The notes under the pieces were generated by a model. That model did not search any database, had not been told where the DNA came from, and saw only the letters and a list, made by a program, of their open reading frames with translations. The position numbers were made by a program, and so were the translations under genes. DNA of 24,465 nucleotides from the IMG/VR virus record IMGVR_UViG_3300043414_001167, positions 1 through 24,465 of that record; one strand, given 5' to 3'. Within the stretch, counting starts at the first letter, position 1. Each line of letters opens with the position of its first letter. Positions 8,350 through 16,100 of the stretch are shown in pieces. This DNA comes from a virus. Its lineage: Duplodnaviria > Caudoviricetes.

Positions 8350-8835
8350 TTATATTATATTTATATCTAAGCCATAGATTACACTATCTTCTTCATCATC
8401 TAAATACAATTCATCAATTGAAGTAAATTCAAAATCATTTAAATTAAAATTATTAATATCTTCGTTTGCTTTATTTGTATCTTCCATAGAGGGGTTAAAG
8501 CTAGCTTCAATAATATATTTATTATTAATTGCTTTTGAAAAATTAATATTAGATCCAATATAAGTAGAGATTCCACTAACCATTCTTAGAAACATATTAA
8601 CTCTAGCTAGAGCTAATTGATTGAAATTTTTATCTGATGGAGTATTTCGGTATACTTTTTTAACTTGATTTATATTTACTTTTTTATTATTTTGTGAATT
8701 ATGAGATTTTACTTTATCTTGAAGAGTAGCTAATATTTTTTTAGAGAACTCAACTGTTTTATCATTTTTAATTACGTCTTTTGGTCCTGAGACAATATTA
8801 GACTCAAAACCAAGCTTATCTTGATTGATGCTCAT
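8350..8835 (-). CDS. Hypothetical head-module protein
   Basis: LQDKVKSHN...VKKVYR...LALARVNMFL resembles the helical 'AxARVNxFL' domain (DUF5824-like, from recall); acidic C-terminus. Confidence 0.5.
   Translation of the reverse strand: MSINQDKLGFESNIVSGPKDVIKNDKTVEFSKKILATLQDKVKSHNSQNNKKVNINQVKKVYRNTPSDKNFNQLALARVNMFLRMVSGISTYIGSNINFSKAINNKYIIEASFNPSMEDTNKANEDINNFNLNDFEFTSIDELYLDDEEDSVIYGLDINII
8378..8384 (-). promoter_or_regulatory. GTGTAAT candidate late promoter for protease/capsid genes
   Basis: 31 nt upstream of ATG 8346, inside the upstream gene's end. Confidence 0.5.
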
Positions 8836-8841
8836 CTATAT

Positions 8842-8850
8842 ATTATACAC
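8842..8850 (-). promoter_or_regulatory. GTGTATAAT variant promoter
   Basis: 6 nt upstream of ATG 8835; includes a canonical TATAAT. Confidence 0.5.
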
Positions 8851-8874
8851 TAGAAAAGGTATATATGATTAAAA

Positions 8875-9024
8875 TTACTTCTTATAAAGCTCTTTAGTAA
8901 CATCATCTGCTGATCCCATAGTCGGTGTTTCTGGATATTTAGTTGGTAATTCTCTACTATCAATATTTTGTTGTGAGCAAGATATTAATAAAAATAGTGG
9001 CAATATCAATAATAGCTTTTTCAT
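8875..9024 (-). CDS. Small lipoprotein (49 aa), below ORF-track cutoff
   Basis: MKKLLLILPLFLLIS-CSQQNIDSRELPTKYPETPTMGSADDVTKELYKK*; basic N-region, hydrophobic core, lipobox Cys16. Confidence 0.78.
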   Translation of the reverse strand: MKKLLLILPLFLLISCSQQNIDSRELPTKYPETPTMGSADDVTKELYKK

Positions 9025-9031
9025 AAATACT

Positions 9032-9038
9032 ATTACAC
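9032..9038 (-). promoter_or_regulatory. GTGTAAT candidate late promoter overlapping endolysin stop
   Basis: 7 nt upstream of ATG 9024. Confidence 0.55.
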
Positions 9039-9659
9039 GTTTAATGATTCTTCTATTAATTTAGCTTCTGCATCTCGTCTTCTATTCATGCCCTTTTCTA
9101 TACTTCCACCTGCCCATATTCTTTTCATACTTCTTATTTGATTAGCTATAAAGGATAGAGCTTTTTGATCAAAAGTATTTGTTATTTTCATACCATCTCT
9201 TATTAATTTCATTTCGCGGCGGCGATCACCTTCTAGTGCATTTCCTCGATTAAACACAAGACTAACTAATCCACCTTTTGCATCTTCTGGCATTTTATCG
9301 AAATTTGGAAAAGTATCTTTTGTTAAATTCCAAAACTTAGTTACAGTTTTATTATTGAAAACTTGTAATGATAATTCCCAAGGAATAGAGATATCTCTTA
9401 ATTCTCTAATAAGATTCTTAGCGTTGTATCCTTTGATACCAACTACTTTATATAATCTATCAAAAATATCTTTAGGTAATTCTTTCCAATCTTCGCTAAA
9501 TTCTGCTTTGTTCACATAACCTAAATCGTAACCAACACCAATTGTAACTCCACTTTGACCTTCGGGCCAAGTTGGATTTTTTAAAAATTTATTATAATAA
9601 TTTTCTCCACCTCCAACTTCAAATTCAAGAATAAGATCTAAGGATTTTTTACTTAACAT
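9033..9659 (-). CDS. Endolysin, lysozyme-like muramidase (pesticin C-terminal/GH24-like)
   Basis: ILEFE, SGVTIGVGYDLG, GLVSLVFNRG, GMNRRRDAEAKL motifs. Confidence 0.85.
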   Translation of the reverse strand: MLSKKSLDLILEFEVGGGENYYNKFLKNPTWPEGQSGVTIGVGYDLGYVNKAEFSEDWKELPKDIFDRLYKVVGIKGYNAKNLIRELRDISIPWELSLQVFNNKTVTKFWNLTKDTFPNFDKMPEDAKGGLVSLVFNRGNALEGDRRREMKLIRDGMKITNTFDQKALSFIANQIRSMKRIWAGGSIEKGMNRRRDAEAKLIEESLNV

Positions 9660-9661
9660 AT

Positions 9662-11737
9662 TTATATAGGATAATCTGTTCCATAAAATCTAACTGTATT
9701 CCAACCTTCTCTGCACATTACAAAAAATCTATAATAACTACCCACGACACCAAAACTTGCTCCAGAATTAGTTATATTAATAATACCATTTCCTAAATCA
9801 GAAATTGAATCAGCATTAAGTTGACTTGAAGTTTTTGATCTTATAACCACATAATTATAAGAAAAATCTACTCCTCCAAGAGAATTTAATATCGTAGTTG
9901 GATCAAGACCAAGAGAAGAACAATTGCTAACAAAAGAAGGATAATCAAAAACTATATGATTGAAATTTCTACTAATTTGACTAGTTCCATTAATTTGATT
10001 TAATTTACTAGTATTCTGAAAACCGCAAATGCTAGGATATTTATTATTTAAATAAGTTTCTATTTTTTCAATTTCAGTCGTAGATAGTGCGCGATTATAA
10101 AATATAATTTCATAAACATGCATTTCATTAGAAGCTTCAGCATTATAACCAATTCCCTCTCTAAATGGGGAAGCTCCAATAAAAACTGAGGCATTATTAG
10201 TTTGATCTATTCCAACATCAGTAGAAGATGTAGCAACTTGTGATCCATTATATCTAATTAACCCAGATGTATTTGATGAGTATTGACAAACAATCAATCT
10301 TTTTCTATAATCTCCTGTTCCTGTGTTATAATTAAAACTTGTGTCTAAGCCGTTTTTACTTTCAAGACTATAAATAACTCCACCATTTATAGAAATTTGA
10401 TATTTTCTTCGTTTTGAATAATTACCAGATTTACTAAATACAACTGAATTACCTGGTCCCGAACGAAGTAACACAATCAATGTATAAGGTGTTGTTAAAT
10501 TTAAACTAGAACTTGGAAGAGCTAATATAGAAGCATTAGAATCATCATAGGTAATAACCGCTGTAAATAATGGTATTCCATTAGAGAGTTTTGGATAACC
10601 AGTATTCGCTATGCTTTTTGTAAAATTTCGATTGTTTCCACTTTGATCTTTCCAGCTTGTGATTCCTTGAAATGATGGAAGATCTGATGTTGTATTTACT
10701 GCCGATGGAGCTCCTGTCGAATTATTTTCGTCCCAAGACGTTGCATTTAAATAAAAATCATAATTAACATAAGTCTCTATTCCCAAGTCATTATCATAAA
10801 CAATCCAAGCCCCATCCCAATAAATATAATTTCCATTTGGGCCATCGAATCTTGTTGTACCACCAGTGCTTCTTGTATAAGTTCCATCTGAAGTTGGCTC
10901 GCCACTATCTGTTAAAATAACTTCATTTACAAATGATGGAGTTATGAGCTCGTGAATTATTCCAGCATCAGCTTTGAGCCATACAGCTAAATTATCTTTT
11001 GGAATAAATTGTTCTATATTTATTTTTCCACTACCAGTATTTTGTTTTTTAACTGAAATTAAACTTTTATTAAATTTTAACGCATTTGGATTATTATATA
11101 AATTTAAAATTTGATCAGAAGTCAAAACTAAATCCCAAATGCCAACTTCATCTATAACTGCATCTATTGGATAACCAGCTGGACCATCAATGTAAAAATT
11201 AGATAAAGAAAAATTAGTCCAACTACTATTTAAAGGAAGAGGGTAAACAACAGATCCAATTAAATTTCCATCAATATATAATTCTGCACCATTAGGATTA
11301 ACTGTAACAACGGTATGATACCAAGTATTTAAAATTGGAATAAAATTAGTAACTATATCAGTCTCGCCCCAGTTAACAAATACAAATGCATTATTACTAT
11401 TTTGTATATATAAACTAATCAAATGATTACCACTTGTTCCACACCCCCAAATACCTTTTTCGTTATTAGGATTATAAGAATTTAATTTAACCCAACAAGA
11501 TATAGAAAAAGTAGAACCAAGTGAAATACTTGAATTTTTTAAAAATTTACTAGTAGTTCCATCAAAACTTGCAGCATTTCCTACTTTGCCAGTTGTATTT
11601 GAAACTGAACCAGCTCCTTCAGACAAAGTCCAACCATTATTTGTATCATCTACTCTATTTCCAGAACTCTCTTCTAGATGCCAAAATGCAATTGGACTAT
11701 ATAACAAATTATTTGCTTTTGATGATATTGAACCCAT
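9662..11737 (-). CDS. Multi-domain LamG/concanavalin A-like lectin-fold virion protein
   Basis: Domain 1: AFWHLEE, FSISCWVK, WYHTVVT, LYIDG, IDEVGIWDLVLT; domain 2: LAVWLKADAG, SWKDQSGNNR, EIIFYNRALSTTEIEKIETYL. Confidence 0.8.
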   Translation of the reverse strand: MGSISSKANNLLYSPIAFWHLEESSGNRVDDTNNGWTLSEGAGSVSNTTGKVGNAASFDGTTSKFLKNSSISLGSTFSISCWVKLNSYNPNNEKGIWGCGTSGNHLISLYIQNSNNAFVFVNWGETDIVTNFIPILNTWYHTVVTVNPNGAELYIDGNLIGSVVYPLPLNSSWTNFSLSNFYIDGPAGYPIDAVIDEVGIWDLVLTSDQILNLYNNPNALKFNKSLISVKKQNTGSGKINIEQFIPKDNLAVWLKADAGIIHELITPSFVNEVILTDSGEPTSDGTYTRSTGGTTRFDGPNGNYIYWDGAWIVYDNDLGIETYVNYDFYLNATSWDENNSTGAPSAVNTTSDLPSFQGITSWKDQSGNNRNFTKSIANTGYPKLSNGIPLFTAVITYDDSNASILALPSSSLNLTTPYTLIVLLRSGPGNSVVFSKSGNYSKRRKYQISINGGVIYSLESKNGLDTSFNYNTGTGDYRKRLIVCQYSSNTSGLIRYNGSQVATSSTDVGIDQTNNASVFIGASPFREGIGYNAEASNEMHVYEIIFYNRALSTTEIEKIETYLNNKYPSICGFQNTSKLNQINGTSQISRNFNHIVFDYPSFVSNCSSLGLDPTTILNSLGGVDFSYNYVVIRSKTSSQLNADSISDLGNGIINITNSGASFGVVGSYYRFFVMCREGWNTVRFYGTDYPI

Positions 11738-11738
11738 T

Positions 11739-12155
11739 TTAATTATTTATTTTATCTATGGTCTTATCTAGTATATTATCTTGAGCTACTTTTTCTTTTA
11801 ACCAACTATTAAGAACTCCAAAGTAAACAAGATGCTCACTATCAATTAAAAATAATTCATTGCCGAAGTTGTCCTTATAAGGTTTAACTCCAGAATCTTC
11901 AACTAGATCAATTGCTTTTTCTTTTTTGAATTTGATTCTATACATTTTAATTAAATTATTATATCGTTCGCGCGCTTGACGAGTAATAAGAGCATCATCA
12001 CCAACGAAAGAAATCAATCCACCATTATCTTTATCATATTGCTTTGGTGTTGTAGCATCATAAGAAGATTTATCATCTTGTATTTTATTAGGTGTTACGG
12101 TAGCACAACCAATAAAAACAAAATTAAGAGCTAATATGCTTGCGAGCTTCTTCAA
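11739..12155 (-). CDS. Lipoprotein, probable o-spanin
   Basis: MKKLASILALNFVFIG-C lipobox; start overlaps the end of 12124..12324 by 32 nt; lysis cassette context. Confidence 0.6.
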   Translation of the reverse strand: MKKLASILALNFVFIGCATVTPNKIQDDKSSYDATTPKQYDKDNGGLISFVGDDALITRQARERYNNLIKMYRIKFKKEKAIDLVEDSGVKPYKDNFGNELFLIDSEHLVYFGVLNSWLKEKVAQDNILDKTIDKINN

Positions 12156-12324
12156 GATCTTTATCCTTTACTGCTTTTTCAATTTCACTTTGAAAATCAA
12201 CTTCTTTTTGAGACTCTTGGCGATCTTTCATTTCTTTTGTGTTCTTTGCTCCGAACACATTATTGATCGCTGCGAATATTCCAGATACTGCTGAGAGTAA
12301 AGCTTGGATTATTCCAGTTGGCAT
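12124..12324 (-). CDS. Probable short i-spanin
   Basis: N-terminal hydrophobic/amphipathic helix then charged coiled coil; overlapped by downstream lipoprotein gene. Confidence 0.5.
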   Translation of the reverse strand: MPTGIIQALLSAVSGIFAAINNVFGAKNTKEMKDRQESQKEVDFQSEIEKAVKDKDLEEARKHISS

Positions 12325-12327
12325 ATA

Positions 12328-12777
12328 TTACTCGACGTAACTTGCTGTAGCATCTTTACAACCAGATGCAATAGCATTTAATACTTTAATAGCAAGAGCG
12401 CCGTTTCCATCAACTCTAGAAAATTGTACAGCATACATATCTTTGATTGCACTAACATAATTTACCCAATGAGTTTTTTCAACAGGAAGATAATCTGTAA
12501 GAGCTTTTTGAAGTTGATCAGGAGTTGGTGCAGATCCTAGTGTTAAAGATTCAACAATAACTGAAACATGATTAATCATTTTAGCTTTTTCAATTCTATC
12601 ATTTCCAGAAGTAGCTTGATCAAGAACAACTGTGCAAGCAAGTATTACTGCTGGTTTAATATAAGGAAGAGCATTTTCAACACTTGCTGGTGCATCAATT
12701 TTTCCAGTTTGAGTAGTTGCACAAGCTCCAAGAAATACGCTCAAAAGAGCAACTGCGGCTAATTGTAATTTATTCAT
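12328..12777 (-). CDS. Helical lipoprotein of unknown function
   Basis: MNKLQLAAVALLSVFLGA-C lipobox; GGAG SD; ATGA overlap with upstream holin. Confidence 0.7.
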   Translation of the reverse strand: MNKLQLAAVALLSVFLGACATTQTGKIDAPASVENALPYIKPAVILACTVVLDQATSGNDRIEKAKMINHVSVIVESLTLGSAPTPDQLQKALTDYLPVEKTHWVNYVSAIKDMYAVQFSRVDGNGALAIKVLNAIASGCKDATASYVE

Positions 12778-13055
12778 ATATTTTCTCCAGTTCTTTTTTC
12801 TGCTTCGATTGTTTGAGGAATTGTTCCACCAGTGACTGCTGCATCTTTTACTGTTAATGCAAAAACTATACCAGACACAACTGCAACTAATTTTGAAATT
12901 CCTATAATATAAACTTCTAGAGAATCTGGAAGAAATGCTACCAATGAAGGATCAGAGTGAATTGCTATTGCAGTAGTAATTGCTATTACTGTGGTGACTC
13001 CAGAAGTGGAAGATCTCCAATTGGCGCCAAAGATTTTAGATAGCATAGTTTTCAT
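12774..13055 (-). CDS. Probable holin (2 TM)
   Basis: 93 aa, NWRSSTSG then two hydrophobic helices and VKDA; first gene of the lysis cluster. Confidence 0.65.
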   Translation of the reverse strand: MKTMLSKIFGANWRSSTSGVTTVIAITTAIAIHSDPSLVAFLPDSLEVYIIGISKLVAVVSGIVFALTVKDAAVTGGTIPQTIEAEKRTGENI

Positions 13056-13060
13056 AAGAT

Positions 13061-13067
13061 ATTACAC
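13061..13067 (-). promoter_or_regulatory. GTGTAAT candidate late promoter for lysis cassette
   Basis: Intergenic, 5 nt upstream of holin ATG 13055. Confidence 0.6.
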
Positions 13068-13103
13068 ATTTATTATAAAAGAAAAAATATATTAAATCTA
13101 ATA

Positions 13104-16097
13104 TTATTTATAACAATATACTTGAGCTGCTGATCTAAAAGTAGGTATTTGTCCAGTTGTTTTTAATAAACACACAACATTATCTCCAGTATTTATTGGA
13201 ACATTTATATTTGCAGTATAATTATAAAGAGTATTTGATATCGCTGGACTAGTTGTAATAGGTATTATTCCAGTAGTATTAGTTGTAGTATTAATAAAAT
13301 ATCCAGTTGTAAATGGTAGATCAAAAGTTGAAGCTAATTGTGTACTAAATACAATTTTTCTTGCCACACAGTTCTCTAATACTGGAAAATTTCTATCTGC
13401 TGGAACGTTTCCATATCCTGCTGCAAAAGCTCCAAAATAACTTAAAGAAGTATTTGTTGTAGCTTGATTACTAATAAAATGTAATAAAAAATTACTTTGT
13501 CCACTTAAAAGAACTCCTGTACTACCTACAGTTAAATTACCACTAACTATATTTAATCCAGTTTGACTTATTCTTGCTATAACATTAGCTTCTGTTGTAC
13601 CACCTGCATGAAATTCTATAATTTTTCCAGGAGTTCTTGTACCAATATCCAAATCTCCACCATCCATAATTAAATATCCATCAAGTCCAGTTGTATTATT
13701 AAAAGTTGGATCACTATAACCAACATTATTAATACCAAGATTAATAAAATTAGCAGAATCTGTTCCATTATTAGCAGTAATAACTAAATCAGAACTAGCA
13801 GTCGTACCAGTTGCCCTATTTTGTATATTAAGTTGCAGATAACTATTTCCGCTGCCAACAATTGAAAGAGGATTATTGGGTAATGATAATGGTAATGCTC
13901 CAGAAAGTGAAAATACCCCAGAATCAAGAAATGTTTTAGCTCCAGAAACATTTTGATTGCCGTATATTAAAACGCTAGATCCACTTAATGAACTAATATT
14001 AGTAAGTAAAGTCGAACCAGTAGTTCCAACATTTGTAGTGGTTGCATAAAGAGATAAATTTCCAGTAATTAATGGATTTCCACTTAAGATAGGTTGGAAG
14101 TTAAATGTCTTAACTCCATTTATAGTTTGATCACCAGTATTGTAAACTATAGTATTAGGAAGAGTAGCAAAAACTGGTTCATCATAAAGTCTTACTCCAC
14201 TTCCATTTACGGTAGGACGAATATAAAAATTCTTAATTCCAGAAATATTTTGATCTCCAGTATTATAAAGTATTGTATTTGGAAGAGCTGGTGAAACTGG
14301 TTCGTCAAAAAGTCTTACGCCACTTCCATTTACAGTTGGTCTAGTATAGAAATTTTTAGTTCCAGAAATATTTTGATCTCCAGTATTATAAAGTATATTA
14401 GAAGCATTTAAAGTTCCACTTATGATATTTAATCCATCAGAAGTTATTCTTGCTACTGTTCTGATAGCGGTAGTACCTCCAATATGGAATTCTATGTTAG
14501 TGCCAGTAGTTTGAGTGCCAATATCTAAACTTCCACCGTTAACTAACAAATAACCATCATATGCTCCACCATTACTAAATGCAGGATCATTATATCCAGA
14601 GTTATTTATGCCAAGATCAAGATAATTTGAAGTATCTGTTCCATTATTTGCAGTAATTACCAAATCTGCAGTAGCTGTTGTTCCAGTTGAACGGTTTTGA
14701 ATATTAACTTGTATATAACTACTTCCACTGCCAACTATTGATAAAGGATTATTTGGTAAACTTGATGGAGTTGTATTAGAAAGTGAAAATGTCCCAGAAT
14801 CAAAAAAAGTTTTATTTCCAGAAACATTTTGATTTCCATATATTAAAACGCTAGATCCACTTAAAGAACTTATTGTATTAACTAAAGTAGATCCAGTACT
14901 CACAAGATTTGTTACTGTTGAATATAGTGATAAATTGCCAGTAATTAATGGATTTCCACTTAGAATTGGTTGCAAATTAAATGTTTTAACTCCAGAAATA
15001 GTTTGATCTCCAGTATTATATACGATATTAGGAGAAGTTAAAGTTCCACTAACTATATTCAATCCATCAGAAGTCAACCTTGCTATTGTTCTAATGGCAG
15101 TAGTTCCGCCAATATGAAATTCTATATTTGTGCCAGTAGTTTGAGTTCCTATATCTAAGCTTCCGCCATTAACAAACAAATAACCATCATAAGCACCACC
15201 ATTACTAAAGTTTGGATCGTTGTATCCACTATTATTTATGCCAAGATCAATATAGTTAGATAAATCATTACCATTGTTTGCGGTAATTACCAAATCTGCT
15301 GTGGCATTTGTACCAGTCGCTCGGTTTTGGATGTTAACTTGAATATAAGTATTTCCACTTCCAACTATTGATAAAGGATTATTTGGTAGTAGTATAGTTG
15401 ATGCTCCAGAAAGAGAAAATACTCCAGAATTAGCAAAAATTTTAATTCCACTAATAATTTGATTACCAGTAGTATATACAGTTGTTGTTAGATTTGGAGC
15501 TTCACCATTTAATAAAACTCCTGTGCCATTTACTGTTGGACGTGAAGCGAAAGTTTTAATTCCACTGATTGTTTCGTTGGTTGTATTATGAACTACTTTG
15601 GAATCTACTGCTATACTTTGTGCTGTGCCGTTTGGATCATTACTAAAATCATAATATAGGGATTGATTATTTATAGATGGAAAATTATTAAAACCAAGAA
15701 GAGAGTCGGTCCAAAATATTTTATTATAATCATCATTCGGTCCATCATAGATTGATATAGCTGGATTCGCAGTACCAACTTGACCATCTGCTATTCTTAT
15801 TCCTTTGAAAAATATACCACTGCCTTGAACTGTTAAATTTGCACTATTTGTTCCAAGATCAGAATTAGTAATACTTACATTTGCGTCTCTTACAGATATA
15901 TCAACTCCAGAAAGACTCAAATTATCTATCCCGTTTAAATCAACTCCATTTGCAAATGTTTTAATTCCACTTATTGTTTGATCAGTAAATTTATCTACAA
16001 AAGTTTCTCTTGTTATACCTGTTTCAATAAAAGCAGAATTAAAAAATCCACTTAAATCTGGTTGGTCAAGTTGTTTTACTCTAATTAAATTAGCCAT
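13104..16097 (-). CDS. Repeat-built fibre protein (997 aa)
   Basis: Three copies of a ~110-aa NNPLSIVGSG...IEFHxGGTT...GLNIxSGxL domain; many GDQTISGxKTF and RPTVNGxGVxL motifs. Confidence 0.8.
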   Translation of the reverse strand: MANLIRVKQLDQPDLSGFFNSAFIETGITRETFVDKFTDQTISGIKTFANGVDLNGIDNLSLSGVDISVRDANVSITNSDLGTNSANLTVQGSGIFFKGIRIADGQVGTANPAISIYDGPNDDYNKIFWTDSLLGFNNFPSINNQSLYYDFSNDPNGTAQSIAVDSKVVHNTTNETISGIKTFASRPTVNGTGVLLNGEAPNLTTTVYTTGNQIISGIKIFANSGVFSLSGASTILLPNNPLSIVGSGNTYIQVNIQNRATGTNATADLVITANNGNDLSNYIDLGINNSGYNDPNFSNGGAYDGYLFVNGGSLDIGTQTTGTNIEFHIGGTTAIRTIARLTSDGLNIVSGTLTSPNIVYNTGDQTISGVKTFNLQPILSGNPLITGNLSLYSTVTNLVSTGSTLVNTISSLSGSSVLIYGNQNVSGNKTFFDSGTFSLSNTTPSSLPNNPLSIVGSGSSYIQVNIQNRSTGTTATADLVITANNGTDTSNYLDLGINNSGYNDPAFSNGGAYDGYLLVNGGSLDIGTQTTGTNIEFHIGGTTAIRTVARITSDGLNIISGTLNASNILYNTGDQNISGTKNFYTRPTVNGSGVRLFDEPVSPALPNTILYNTGDQNISGIKNFYIRPTVNGSGVRLYDEPVFATLPNTIVYNTGDQTINGVKTFNFQPILSGNPLITGNLSLYATTTNVGTTGSTLLTNISSLSGSSVLIYGNQNVSGAKTFLDSGVFSLSGALPLSLPNNPLSIVGSGNSYLQLNIQNRATGTTASSDLVITANNGTDSANFINLGINNVGYSDPTFNNTTGLDGYLIMDGGDLDIGTRTPGKIIEFHAGGTTEANVIARISQTGLNIVSGNLTVGSTGVLLSGQSNFLLHFISNQATTNTSLSYFGAFAAGYGNVPADRNFPVLENCVARKIVFSTQLASTFDLPFTTGYFINTTTNTTGIIPITTSPAISNTLYNYTANINVPINTGDNVVCLLKTTGQIPTFRSAAQVYCYK
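14153..14398 (-). repeat. Tandem 123-bp (41-aa) duplication in fibre gene
   Basis: ILYNTGDQNISGxKNFYxRPTVNGSGVRLxDEPVxxxLPNT twice; boundaries approximate. Confidence 0.85.
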
Positions 16098-16100
16098 AAA

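Noticed and set aside
5227-8377. Plus-strand ORFs 5227, 6400, 6788, 7352, 7390, 7572, 8069
   Set aside because: Antisense to capsid, decoration and protease genes; composition mirrors the sense codons
13500-15400. Repeat pairs as DGR template/variable repeats
   Set aside because: All copies are in-frame coding, differences are mostly third-position and not adenine-specific, and no reverse transcriptase is in the window
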